Positions 38,640 to 47,270 of a DNA stretch of 64,000 bases are shown here, piece after piece. The stretch covers positions 20,850 to 84,849 of the IMG/VR virus record IMGVR_UViG_3300044691_000591; one strand, 5' to 3'. The notes below the pieces were generated by a model. It was not told the origin of the DNA and did no database searches. It saw only the letters and a list, made by a program, of their open reading frames with translations. Source of the DNA: a virus. The position numbers were made by a program, and so were the translations under genes. The number at the start of each line of letters is the position of its first letter. Position 1 is the first letter of the stretch.

Positions 38640-39530
38640 TCAGCTCCCCTGCTTGGCGGCGGTGAGCGCCTGCTCGTTGTGCCCCCGGATGAAGTCGGCC
38701 AGGGGTCCGGTGTTCTCGAACCACTCGGTGCTGCCGACGCGCTGGTCGGCGAAGCGCTTGTGCATGGCCTGCTCCATGCGGCGGTCACCGGCAATGAGCA
38801 GGACGATGTCGCTGGTGCGCAGCGAGAGGGCGCTCACCCGGGCGCGGAGGCTGCTGGTCGTGCCGATCTTGACGCGGCTGCCGTTGCCGATGAAGTAAAC
38901 GTGGGCCTTGTGCTTGCCCTCCGGGACCGGCCAGTTGAAGCGCGGCTCTGCCGGCTTGGCAGCCATGGGCGCGGTCGCCGGCGCGTCGAGGTTGAGGTGG
39001 GCGAGCGCAGCCAGCCGCCTTTCCAGCCGAGCCTTCTGCCTCTTCGCTTCGAGCGCTACGCCGCGCTGCTTGTTCCGCTCGATCAGGAGGTGGTCGATCT
39101 CGGACTGATCGTCCGGGTGCAGGGACTGGGTCTTCATCCAGGCGCGCCACAGCCACGTCACGGGGATGGCGAGCATCGAGATCACCGCGCCGTCCCAGGG
39201 TCCAGTGCGAGGCCAGCCCGTCCAGGTGATCAGCGAGAGGATGATCACCTGGAGCAGCAGACCGCCGCGGCGGCCGAGAAAGGCGCCCTCGGAGTCGTAG
39301 CGGTTGTCCCACTCGACCCAGGCGCACCAGAGCCAGAGCAGGCCAAAGATGCCGCCGGCGAGATACATCTGGACTTGGTCCTGCCACGTCTTGGCCCATG
39401 GAGCGAGCAGGGACCCAAGGAGCCCCGCCTCGCAGGTGGCAGTCACGAACATCAGGACGGCGGTGATCCATCCGGTGACTGCTGCCTCGTGGTCGCGGGA
39501 CTCCTTGGTGGGCTGCTCGATCGTGCTCAC
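38640..39530 (-). CDS. membrane protein with C-terminal GIY-YIG (T5orf172/Mug113-like) domain
   Basis: Four TMs; VYFIGNGSRVKIGTT...EQAMHKRFADQRV..EWF. Confidence 0.8.
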   Translation of the reverse strand: MSTIEQPTKESRDHEAAVTGWITAVLMFVTATCEAGLLGSLLAPWAKTWQDQVQMYLAGGIFGLLWLWCAWVEWDNRYDSEGAFLGRRGGLLLQVIILSLITWTGWPRTGPWDGAVISMLAIPVTWLWRAWMKTQSLHPDDQSEIDHLLIERNKQRGVALEAKRQKARLERRLAALAHLNLDAPATAPMAAKPAEPRFNWPVPEGKHKAHVYFIGNGSRVKIGTTSSLRARVSALSLRTSDIVLLIAGDRRMEQAMHKRFADQRVGSTEWFENTGPLADFIRGHNEQALTAAKQGS

Positions 39531-39669
39531 GTGTTGCTGCTCCTATTCGGGCGACGTGGATGCGTGCTCTGCGGGGTGGCGCCCGTCCCGCCGGGGGTGC
39601 GGGCCGGGCGCCGGGCGTCCAGTCCGGCCGCGGGGGACGGAATCGGGCTGGACGCGTCTTGGGGCTGCC

Positions 39670-39894
39670 TCAGTGGCTGAGGCAGCGGTCGTGGTTGGAC
39701 ATGGTGCAGGCGGCGCGGCGGGCGCGGCGCTGGGGCATGATCTCGGCGTAGTAGGCGTCGGAAGCCTTCTGGCGGGCGGCCGCGTCGGCGGCTTGGCGCC
39801 GGTTGTCGGCGGCGGCTTCCTGGCGGCGCTTCTCGGAGTCGTGGTAGCTGGTGTCGGTGGCGGGTGCCTTGGGTGCGAACGGGTTCCAGGCCAT
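39670..39894 (-). CDS. hypothetical protein
   Basis: RBS GGAGGA; packed in the operon. Confidence 0.6.
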   Translation of the reverse strand: MAWNPFAPKAPATDTSYHDSEKRRQEAAADNRRQAADAAARQKASDAYYAEIMPQRRARRAACTMSNHDRCLSH

Positions 39895-39897
39895 GCG

Positions 39898-40218
39898 TCA
39901 GTCCTCCATTGCGGTGAGCTGGGGCAGGTGTCCGCCGTTGAGTTCCCGCAGCTGGTTGAGGGCGGTGCGGAAGGCGTCGGCGGCGTCGGGGCGTTGGGCG
40001 TAGCTGGCGTCGACGAGGTTCTGGGCGAGCTGGTTGACGCGGGCGACGGCGGCGGTGACCTGGTCGCGCTTCTCTTCGGCCTGACTCGCGAGCCAGAGGG
40101 CGTGGAAGTCGACGGCACCGTCGGCTGCGGTGTACTGGTCGAGGACGGCTTTGATCTCCGCGTCGGTGGCGGGGCGTCCGCCGGGCTGGTCTGCGCTGTA
40201 GATCGTGGGCTGGGTCAT
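39898..40218 (-). CDS. hypothetical protein
   Basis: ATGA-coupled to the upstream ORF. Confidence 0.6.
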   Translation of the reverse strand: MTQPTIYSADQPGGRPATDAEIKAVLDQYTAADGAVDFHALWLASQAEEKRDQVTAAVARVNQLAQNLVDASYAQRPDAADAFRTALNQLRELNGGHLPQLTAMED

Positions 40219-40358
40219 CGGTGGGCCTTCTTCGTGGCGTGCACGGTCGGGTGGCTGGGCGCGTAGGTGTGGGCGCTGGCGGTTCCGGCGTGGCTGTAGC
40301 ACCAGATCGCGGCGCCGATGATCGCGGCGACGGCGCACTTGGCGAGGAAGGCCCTCAT
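40215..40358 (-). CDS. small signal-peptide-like protein (47 aa)
   Basis: MRAFLAKCAVAAIIGAAIWCYSHAGTASA...; ATGA overlaps on both sides. Confidence 0.55.
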   Translation of the reverse strand: MRAFLAKCAVAAIIGAAIWCYSHAGTASAHTYAPSHPTVHATKKAHR

Positions 40359-40768
40359 CGCGCACCGCCTGCCTGGTTGTAGAGCACGGCACCGTCGGGG
40401 TAGCTGAGGCCGTAGGCGGCGGCGAGTTTGCGGGCCATGTCTTCGACGCCGTCCTCGAAGCCGTCCGCGTCTTCGCTGCCGGTGAGGTAGTGGTCGACGT
40501 AGGTGAGGAGCACGTCCTGGGCGGTGTCGTTGTCGGCGTCGAGGGCGTCTCCGAGGTAGGTGAGTGCGGCGTTGAGGGTGTCGGCGTGGTCTTGGTCGCT
40601 GGCTTCGAGGTGGTCGCGGGCGGCGGTGAGGAGTTCGGCGAGGGTGACGCCGTCGATGTCGGTGTGGCCGCCGGGTGGGCAGCCGGGGGCGAGGAATGCG
40701 ATGTCGTTGGCGTGGCGGGCGATGATCGCTTTGAGGCGGGGGCTGGCGTCCGGGTCGGTGGCGGTCAT
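40355..40768 (-). CDS. acidic hypothetical protein
   Basis: Coupled operon gene. Confidence 0.6.
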   Translation of the reverse strand: MTATDPDASPRLKAIIARHANDIAFLAPGCPPGGHTDIDGVTLAELLTAARDHLEASDQDHADTLNAALTYLGDALDADNDTAQDVLLTYVDHYLTGSEDADGFEDGVEDMARKLAAAYGLSYPDGAVLYNQAGGAR

Positions 40769-41016
40769 GCCGGGCTCCCGAGCTGGTTGGGCTCCAGGGA
40801 GAAGAACAGGACCGTCGGGGGCTGGCCGCCAGTGGCGTCCTTCATCACGAAGGCGCGGACGACCTCGTACACCTCGGCGCGGGTCTGGCCCGGCTCCGGG
40901 GTGAAGGTGGAGCGCCAGGTGCCGGAGATTTCGCCGTCCCGGGTGGGCCACTGTGCGGACATGACCCAGTGGTGGCTGCCCTGCGGGTTCGGGCCGGGAG
41001 GCGTCGGGGTGCTCAT
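40765..41016 (-). CDS. hypothetical protein (paralog of 41013-41249)
   Basis: HWVM...VLFFSLEP. Confidence 0.6.
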   Translation of the reverse strand: MSTPTPPGPNPQGSHHWVMSAQWPTRDGEISGTWRSTFTPEPGQTRAEVYEVVRAFVMKDATGGQPPTVLFFSLEPNQLGSPA

Positions 41017-41249
41017 GCCGCACCGCCGATGGCGTCCGGTGTGAGCGAGAAGAACAGGACGACGAACTCGGCACTGCCGATCTTGTCGGCCACGATGTCG
41101 CGGATGACGTTGTAGCTGCTGGTGTGGGTGTGCATGCCGGGGACGGCGTTGATCGATCCGTCGAAGGTTCCCTGGAGTCCACGGGGCGATAGGGCCGTCA
41201 TGATCCAGTGGAGTTCGATCTCGGGGAGCCCTGCCTCGGCGGCGTTCAC
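41013..41249 (-). CDS. hypothetical protein (paralog of 40765-41016)
   Basis: HWIM...VLFFSLTP. Confidence 0.6.
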   Translation of the reverse strand: MNAAEAGLPEIELHWIMTALSPRGLQGTFDGSINAVPGMHTHTSSYNVIRDIVADKIGSAEFVVLFFSLTPDAIGGAA

Positions 41250-41485
41250 GCCGCACCGCCGGGCAGGTCCTCGCCGAACGCCCGGTCGGCCGCGAACTGG
41301 AACCGGTCGTAGCTGCCGTAAGCCCCGAGGGCGTGGTCGACGTCAGCGTCGGTGGGCCAGGTGGCGGGGACCTCGGTGAGCGGACGCGACGGCGGGGCCG
41401 GAAGGGCGGTGACCCGAGCGCCGGAGCTGGGCTCTGACGGCGAGGGGGTGACGTGGTCAATGAGGTTGGCGCTACGATCTGCCAT
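41246..41485 (-). CDS. hypothetical protein, first gene of the transfer operon
   Basis: RBS AGGAAG. Confidence 0.55.
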   Translation of the reverse strand: MADRSANLIDHVTPSPSEPSSGARVTALPAPPSRPLTEVPATWPTDADVDHALGAYGSYDRFQFAADRAFGEDLPGGAA

Positions 41486-41528
41486 GTTCGCTTCCTGTTC
41501 AGAGCAGGTGGCGGATGTACTCAGCCCG

Positions 41529-41620
41529 GTGTGCAACCACCGGATTGAGGTTGGGCCGCCGGGTGTGCAACCACCCGGCGGCCGTTCTGCGGCCCCGATC
41601 CGACTGCAACACCGGATTGG
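41529..41620. promoter_or_regulatory. repeated operator-like motifs and hairpin in the divergent tra/regulator intergenic region
   Basis: GGTGTGCAACCACC occurs twice, TGCAAC(C)ACCGGATTG twice, plus a GGCCGCCGGGTG...CACCCGGCGGCC hairpin. Confidence 0.6.
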
Positions 41621-41695
41621 GGCTTTGTGTTGTGCGGGTTCCAACATACGCAGACCCGATTGACCGCGTCAACAAGGTACGGGAGACTTCACCAT

Positions 41696-41965
41696 ATGCC
41701 GACGACCTCCACCGGAGAGGAGCACCCCGACCTGATGACCATTCCGGAGATCGCCGCGTACAAGGGCCTCACCCGGCAGCGGATCCACAAGCTGGCCACG
41801 ACCGATCCGAACTGGCCAGCCCCCGCGATTCAGGCAGCCAGGACTCGTGTCTACCGGCGCACGGACGTCGACTTGTACTTCGAGACGCGCCAGGTCAATC
41901 CGGGACGCCGCACGGATCTGGAGTCGAAGCCCGACGCCACCCCACCGTCCGAGCAAGGAGCCTGA
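41696..41965 (+). CDS. AlpA/excisionase-like HTH regulator
   Basis: LMTIPEIAAYKGLTRQRIHKLA..DPNWPAP. Confidence 0.8.
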   Translation: MPTTSTGEEHPDLMTIPEIAAYKGLTRQRIHKLATTDPNWPAPAIQAARTRVYRRTDVDLYFETRQVNPGRRTDLESKPDATPPSEQGA

Positions 41966-41967
41966 TC

Positions 41968-42219
41968 ATGTCCGCCCGCTGCGACTTCACCGACCTGCCC
42001 GTAGACCAGTGCAGCCACTGCCTGAAGCAGCCCGACCCGGAGCGGGAGGAGCGCCGCGAGCTGGCCGCGCTGCTCGGCCGGCCGGGTTGGGTCGCGTCGT
42101 CGTTCCGTGGCCAGTGCGGGCATTGCGGGGAGTGGTACGGGGCTGGGATGCCGATCCATATTGCCCGGGATGAGCGGGCCTGGGTGGGCGGCTGCTGCGC
42201 GGACGTGTTCCAGCAGTAG
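41968..42219 (+). CDS. Cys-rich zinc-binding hypothetical protein
   Basis: CDFTDLPVDQCSHC...CGHCGE...GGCC; RBS AAGGAG. Confidence 0.7.
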   Translation: MSARCDFTDLPVDQCSHCLKQPDPEREERRELAALLGRPGWVASSFRGQCGHCGEWYGAGMPIHIARDERAWVGGCCADVFQQ

Positions 42220-42232
42220 CCCGGGCATGCAG

Positions 42233-42265
42233 GAGCGCCCCCGACCGCGATGGTCGGGGGCGCTC
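42233..42265. terminator. bidirectional terminator
   Basis: 14-bp perfect stem GAGCGCCCCCGACC/GGTCGGGGGCGCTC between convergent genes. Confidence 0.8.
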
Positions 42266-42277
42266 TGTCGTGCCGTC

Positions 42278-42547
42278 CTACCCGAGCTTGCTCCGCCCGG
42301 TCTTCCCGCGCTGCGCGGGCGCCTTGCCGGCGCGCCTGGGTCCGCGGGTGCGGGGCTTGATCATGCCGTCGGCGAGGTTGATCCCGGGCAGTGCTGCAAC
42401 GGCGGCGGGATGGTTGGGCTGGCAGGTGGCGCAGAAGATCTCCGACGCCGGTCCCTCGGGGTAGGTCATGGTCGAGGGCGGCAGGTAGTGGTTGCCGCAG
42501 CGCTCGTCCTGGCAGACGAAGATCCCGCGGGTGATGTCGTCGGTCAT
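42278..42547 (-). CDS. small Zn-ribbon protein
   Basis: CQDERC...CATC. Confidence 0.55.
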   Translation of the reverse strand: MTDDITRGIFVCQDERCGNHYLPPSTMTYPEGPASEIFCATCQPNHPAAVAALPGINLADGMIKPRTRGPRRAGKAPAQRGKTGRSKLG

Positions 42548-42699
42548 CCGATCCTCCCGGATCCGCCGCAGCTGGAGCAGGTGCCGTAGGTGTGGTGGGC
42601 GACGGGCACGGTCTCGCCCTTCTCGTTGATCTCGTAGGTGTATTCGACCTTGGGTGTCTGGCCGCTTCCGCCGCACGCCGAGCAGGGCTGGTCGGGCAT
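42544..42699 (-). CDS. DnaJ-type CxxCxGxG mini zinc finger
   Basis: CSACGGSG...CSSCGGSG; RBS GGAGG. Confidence 0.65.
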   Translation of the reverse strand: MPDQPCSACGGSGQTPKVEYTYEINEKGETVPVAHHTYGTCSSCGGSGRIG

Positions 42700-42826
42700 C
42701 GTCGCCTCCGAGGGTTGAGGTCTATCCACGGTAGCGGCGCCGGGGCTGGCAGAGGAGATGGTCACCCGAACGTGAGCGGCGCGCCCCGTGCCCCTTCGTT
42801 GTGCTCGACGCGCGCCGCAGGACAGG

Positions 42827-43378
42827 CTAGCGGGGCGGGTCGTCGTCGGTGGCGGGCCCGATGTGCGTGGGTGGGGTCACGCCGGCCTGGCGGTAGGCCT
42901 CGCTGAGCGCGGGGGAGAGGCGGATCTCGCCCGATAGCGTACTGCGGAAGTGTCGGCGGCCGGGCGGCTTGGCGCGGGACTCGAAGGCGTTCCAGTACTC
43001 GCCGTCGTCGTCGGGCGGCACGTGCAGTGGCCGGTTGCCCTCGGCCCAGTCCCAGACGCGCTCGGCCTCGTTCATGTAGTCCGAGATCAGCACGATGCGC
43101 CCCTCGGCCGTCGGCGGTAGGAGCAGGGCGGACGGCGGGACGTCGAAGACCACGGCGAGGGCCATGAGGTCGTCCGTGTCGACGCGGCGGGTGCCGCCCT
43201 CGATCTTGCTGATTGCTGAGGCGGCGATCGGGCGGCCCAGTTCGGCCAGCTCCTCGGAGAGCTTGTAGGTCGACATGCCCAGGGCGTTGCGGATGCGGGC
43301 GACGTTCACGGCCACGACCTGCCCGGTTGGGCCCAGCTCGTTGGCTCGCCGCCTTGTCACGCTCTCATCTGCCGCCAT
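42827..43378 (-). CDS. XRE-family repressor
   Basis: NVARIRNALGMSTYKLS...AISKIEGGTRRVDTDDLMALA. Confidence 0.85.
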   Translation of the reverse strand: MAADESVTRRRANELGPTGQVVAVNVARIRNALGMSTYKLSEELAELGRPIAASAISKIEGGTRRVDTDDLMALAVVFDVPPSALLLPPTAEGRIVLISDYMNEAERVWDWAEGNRPLHVPPDDDGEYWNAFESRAKPPGRRHFRSTLSGEIRLSPALSEAYRQAGVTPPTHIGPATDDDPPR

Positions 43379-43481
43379 GCGGGCAGCCTCTCACGCGATC
43401 TACCCCTGCAACCAACGACACGGGGCGAGTTCGCCGTATATACTTCTAACATCGCAGCACGCGAGTGACTGAAGGAAGCAA

Positions 43482-43709
43482 ATGCCTACGGAAGCAACGC
43501 GCCTGGTCGGAGACCCGGAAGACCTGCTCACCGCGCAGGAGGTCTCCGCGATCACCCGACTCAGGCCCCAGACCCTCGCCGACCACCGCTACAAGAAGGT
43601 CGGCATCCCCTACATCAAGCTCGGCACCAACCCGCGCGCGCCGGTCCGCTACCGCCGCCGGGACGTCGACGCCTACATGACCGACCCGCTCGCCGAGGCC
43701 AACGGCTAG
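43482..43709 (+). CDS. Cro/AlpA-like HTH_17 protein
   Basis: LLTAQEVSAITRLRPQTLADHR...GIPYIKLG...VRYRRRDV; divergent from the repressor. Confidence 0.85.
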   Translation: MPTEATRLVGDPEDLLTAQEVSAITRLRPQTLADHRYKKVGIPYIKLGTNPRAPVRYRRRDVDAYMTDPLAEANG

Positions 43710-43756
43710 GGCGACCGCGCAGACCTGTCCTGACGCGACGTCCGAGAGAGAAGCAA

Positions 43757-44647
43757 GTGAGCCTTGAAGCGATGGACTGGGTGTGGAATCACTCCCGCTC
43801 CAAAGGTGTCGGCCGCATGGTGATGCTGGCCCTCGCCGACAAGGCGCTGCCCGCGACGGCGGACTGCCGGGCCTACGGCTCCTACCGCTTCCTGGCACAG
43901 CGGGCGAACTGCACCCAAGGGGCGATCACTGAGGCGCTCGACGGACTGTATTCGCTGGGCGAGTTGGAATTGCTGCCGGAGAAGGGGCCGATGGGCGCGG
44001 CGACGTACCGGCTGCCGAAAGCGGTTGGCCATACCCGTCCCGTGCGCGGCAATCGCTCGGCTCACCCGAGCGATTCAGACGCGAAGGCTCGAAAGGAATC
44101 GCTCGGCTCAGCCGAGCAGCAGGTGCACGGCTCAGCCGTGCGATCTGAAGCCGAATCGCTCGGCTCAGCCGACCACAACACCACCACCCCACCAAAGACC
44201 ACCACCTCCGCGCCTACCGACCCGCCTGCCTCTGGTGACACCAAGGGAGGAGGTGGAGGAGACCAGCAACAGGAAGCCGAGGCCTTCCTCCAGTCGCTGC
44301 CTTCACCTTGGACGGCAGGACGGAAGACCGCCCGCGAGCTCGCCCCGCTGCTCCTGGAACGGACAGGCGAACAGGGCTGGCAACTGGACGCCGACCTCGC
44401 CGCGCAGCTGAGCAAGAACGCCACCGGCGTCAACCACCCCGCCTCCGTCCTGCGGGCCCGCATCGACGACCTCCCGAAGAAGCCCACCGCCAAAACCCGG
44501 GCCTCGCCATCACTCCCGCCTTGGTGCGGCCAGTGCGGCGACAAGGACCCGGCCGCCGAGACCGACGCCGCCCGGCGCTTCCACCACCTCAACGACGGCA
44601 GCAGCCAACGCTGCCACTGCCACCCCGCACACCAGAAAGCAGCCTGA
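43757..44647 (+). CDS. phage replication initiator (N-terminal wHTH)
   Basis: MSLEAMDWVWNHS...RMVMLALAD; internal iterons; coupled to dnaB. Confidence 0.8.
   Translation: MSLEAMDWVWNHSRSKGVGRMVMLALADKALPATADCRAYGSYRFLAQRANCTQGAITEALDGLYSLGELELLPEKGPMGAATYRLPKAVGHTRPVRGNRSAHPSDSDAKARKESLGSAEQQVHGSAVRSEAESLGSADHNTTTPPKTTTSAPTDPPASGDTKGGGGGDQQQEAEAFLQSLPSPWTAGRKTARELAPLLLERTGEQGWQLDADLAAQLSKNATGVNHPASVLRARIDDLPKKPTAKTRASPSLPPWCGQCGDKDPAAETDAARRFHHLNDGSSQRCHCHPAHQKAA
44051..44172. repeat. four iteron-like palindromes (putative ori)
   Basis: AATCGCTCGGCTCA(C/G)CCGA at 44051, 44097 and 44154; variant GCACGGCTCAGCCGTGC near 44125. Confidence 0.75.
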
Positions 44648-46014
44648 TGAACCGCGACGAAGCACCGCCCTACCCGGACGAACAGGAGCAGCAGCGCGGC
44701 GACCGAGTCCCCCCGTGCAACCTCCACGCCGAGCAGTGCGTGATCGGCGGCATGCTCCTCTCGAAGGAAGCCATCACCGAAGCCACCGAGATCATCGGCC
44801 CCGGCGACTACTACCGGCCCGCCCACGAGTTCATCCACCGCGCCGTCCTCGACGTGTACGGGCGCGGCGAACCGGCCGACAAGGTCACCGTCGCCGCCGA
44901 GCTGGAGAAGACCGGCCGCACCCGGGAAGCCGGCGGCCCGGACTACCTGAACCTGTGCCTGTCCGTCACCCCGTCAGCGGCGAATGCGGGCTGGTACGCG
45001 GAGGAGGTGCTGCGCACCGCGATCCTGCGCCGCATCATCGGCGCGGGCACGGAACTGATCGGGATCGGGTTCCAGCCCGGCGCGGGGACGGCGAACGAGG
45101 CCCTGGACCGTGCCGCCGCAACACTGCAGTCGCTCACGGCCACAGTGGGCATGTCGATGACCAGCCGCGAGAAGCCGCTCCGCGACGTCCTCGCCGCGAC
45201 GATGGACAACTACGACTCCGACGACGGCAACTACCTCCCGCTGCCCTACAAGGACCTGCGCATCAGGGTCCCGATGGAGCCCGGCGACTTCGCGGTCGTA
45301 GCCGCCACCCCCGGGACGGGCAAGACGACGATCCTCACCGACATGGCCCGCTGCCTGTCGATCAAGCACAACCGCAGGTCGTTCTTCGGCAGCATGGAGA
45401 TGCCTCACACCCAGATTGGCCAGCGCATCCTGTGCGCCGAAGCGCGCGTCGACCTGAACCGCTTTCGCACCCGGGCCCTCACCGAGGAAGACCGGCAGCG
45501 GGTCGACCAGACGCAGAAGCGGATCGAGAACTATCCGCTGGTGATCGACGACTCCACCGCCGTGCCGGTGTCGCGCATGCGTACCCGCCTGCGCCAGCTC
45601 CAGGCTGCAGGCGAACTGCCGGAGCTGTACATCGTGGACTACCTGCAGATCGCCAAGGCGGAGGCTGAGTCGAACGCGAACCGCACCATCCAGGTCGACC
45701 ACATCGCCCGCAGCCTGCGGAACCTGGCCATGGACTTCGGGATCGTCGTGGTGGCCGCAGCGCAGCTGAACCGGCAGACGACGTCGCGGGCCGACCGGGT
45801 GCCGCAACTGTCGGACCTCCGCGAATCCGGCGGCATCGAGCAGGCGTGCACGATCGCCCTGCTGCTGGACCGGCCGGAGGTCTACGAGAAGGAGACTCCG
45901 CGCGCGGGGGAGATGGACATTCACGTCGCCAAGAACCGCATGGGCAGCACGGGCCGGCTGACCGTGGCCTACCAGGGCCACTACTGCCGCGCCGTCGACA
46001 TGGCTGCGGACTGA
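44647..46014 (+). CDS. dnaB: replicative DNA helicase DnaB-like
   Basis: PPCNLHAEQCVIGGML, AATPGTGKT, SMEM, IVDYLQI, AQLNR, LSDLRESGGIEQ, VAKNRMG. Confidence 0.95.
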   Translation: MNRDEAPPYPDEQEQQRGDRVPPCNLHAEQCVIGGMLLSKEAITEATEIIGPGDYYRPAHEFIHRAVLDVYGRGEPADKVTVAAELEKTGRTREAGGPDYLNLCLSVTPSAANAGWYAEEVLRTAILRRIIGAGTELIGIGFQPGAGTANEALDRAAATLQSLTATVGMSMTSREKPLRDVLAATMDNYDSDDGNYLPLPYKDLRIRVPMEPGDFAVVAATPGTGKTTILTDMARCLSIKHNRRSFFGSMEMPHTQIGQRILCAEARVDLNRFRTRALTEEDRQRVDQTQKRIENYPLVIDDSTAVPVSRMRTRLRQLQAAGELPELYIVDYLQIAKAEAESNANRTIQVDHIARSLRNLAMDFGIVVVAAAQLNRQTTSRADRVPQLSDLRESGGIEQACTIALLLDRPEVYEKETPRAGEMDIHVAKNRMGSTGRLTVAYQGHYCRAVDMAAD

Positions 46015-46070
46015 ACCTGCAGCTCAGAGCCAATCTCGTCAATCTCGTCACTACCCCAAGGAGAACCACC

Positions 46071-46472
46071 ATGAGCCTCGCCATCCAGGCCGACGACATC
46101 ACCGCAGTCCTGCTCGCCGACGGCTGGCACAGCGTCAGCAGCGGATTCGACGTCGACGCCTACGAGTTCAAGCTCGGGAGCCTGCTGATCCACGGCGGCG
46201 GAACGAATGACGTCTGCGGTTCCGGCTTCGTCTTCACCGAGCCGGACGGTGTTCGCACCGCTGGCCCGCTCACGTCGATCCTCGCGGTGCGCCGCGGTGT
46301 CGCTTCGCCCAAGGCTGCCGACGGCACGGTCATCCCGGAGTGGTGCGGCGAGTGCGACGGCCCCGAGTTGGAGAAGCGGTGGGTGGACGTGCCGACAGGC
46401 ACCACTCGCCGCGCCGCGAAGCGCTGCCCGCGCTGCAACCCGCACGCCGCGAAGGATGCGACGCAGGGCTAG
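46071..46472 (+). CDS. hypothetical protein with C-terminal Zn ribbon
   Basis: RBS AAGGAG; WCGECD...RCPRCNP resembles the C-terminal tail of the initiator. Confidence 0.65.
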   Translation: MSLAIQADDITAVLLADGWHSVSSGFDVDAYEFKLGSLLIHGGGTNDVCGSGFVFTEPDGVRTAGPLTSILAVRRGVASPKAADGTVIPEWCGECDGPELEKRWVDVPTGTTRRAAKRCPRCNPHAAKDATQG

Positions 46473-46909
46473 GCAGCCGTCGGCAACTGGGCGGGGCGAT
46501 TCACCACCCAGTGCTCGTGGACTGTGATGAGACCCCGGCAGCCATGGATGTACAGCCAGTCGTCGCTCCACTGCACGGGATAGATCTGGTCGGGCACGAG
46601 GCCCAGGACGCCTTCCCGTGCCGGGTCGAAAGGCAGTTCCACGGTGTGCGAGACGAAGCCGGCCGGGTCCAGTTCGAGATCCAATAGCAGCGGCTCCGGG
46701 ACGTCGTCCAGTGGGAACCAGCTCACGGCTACGACGTGCTGGGCCGCGATCTGCGTCAGCACGTTGCCGCCCTGCTCCTCGACCATGAGGTTGTCGGGCT
46801 CGGTTCGCGCGTTGAAGTCGGTCGCCCAGGGGTGGCTCGCAGCGAGCAGATGTTTCCCGTACTCCGTCATGTGCAGTCGTGCGGGCTGCGGGATCTGGTT
46901 GGCGACCAT
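46469..46909 (-). CDS. hypothetical protein
   Basis: RBS GGAGG; 146 aa. Confidence 0.6.
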   Translation of the reverse strand: MVANQIPQPARLHMTEYGKHLLAASHPWATDFNARTEPDNLMVEEQGGNVLTQIAAQHVVAVSWFPLDDVPEPLLLDLELDPAGFVSHTVELPFDPAREGVLGLVPDQIYPVQWSDDWLYIHGCRGLITVHEHWVVNRPAQLPTAA

Positions 46910-46966
46910 GGGAACCTCCCACCTTCCAGCCTGCGCGCATGTCCCGCCCGCCGCCTGTCGGGCTGG

Positions 46967-47146
46967 TCAGCCGTCGGGGCCGGTCGGTGGCTTGGCCGGC
47001 GTGGAGACGTAGCGGTGGAGCGCGGTGAGGATCACGTCGGTGAGCGTGGTGTCCTCGGCTGCGGCCTTCTCCTTCGCGGCAGCCCAGAGGCCGTCGGGGA
47101 CGCGGATGTTGCGCAGCTTGGTCTTGCCGGTGGCGGGCCGGGCCAT
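46967..47146 (-). CDS. ribbon-helix-helix regulator
   Basis: MARPATGKTKLRNIRVPDGLWAAAKEKA...TLTDVI. Confidence 0.8.
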   Translation of the reverse strand: MARPATGKTKLRNIRVPDGLWAAAKEKAAAEDTTLTDVILTALHRYVSTPAKPPTGPDG

Positions 47147-47166
47147 GGTGAAGGCTCCTCGAATCT

Positions 47167-47247
47167 GTAGGTGCATAAACCTAGCATCACCTGCCGGAAG
47201 CGGCTTGACAAGGGTGCATAGTGAGTGCGATCGTAGGTACATAAACC
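47167..47247. promoter_or_regulatory. divergent promoter with 15-bp direct-repeat operators
   Basis: GTAGGTGCATAAACC 47167-47181 and GTAGGTACATAAACC 47233-47247 flank TTGACA at 47205. Confidence 0.75.
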
Positions 47248-47270
47248 CATAGCCAGCAGGGGAGACGGTC

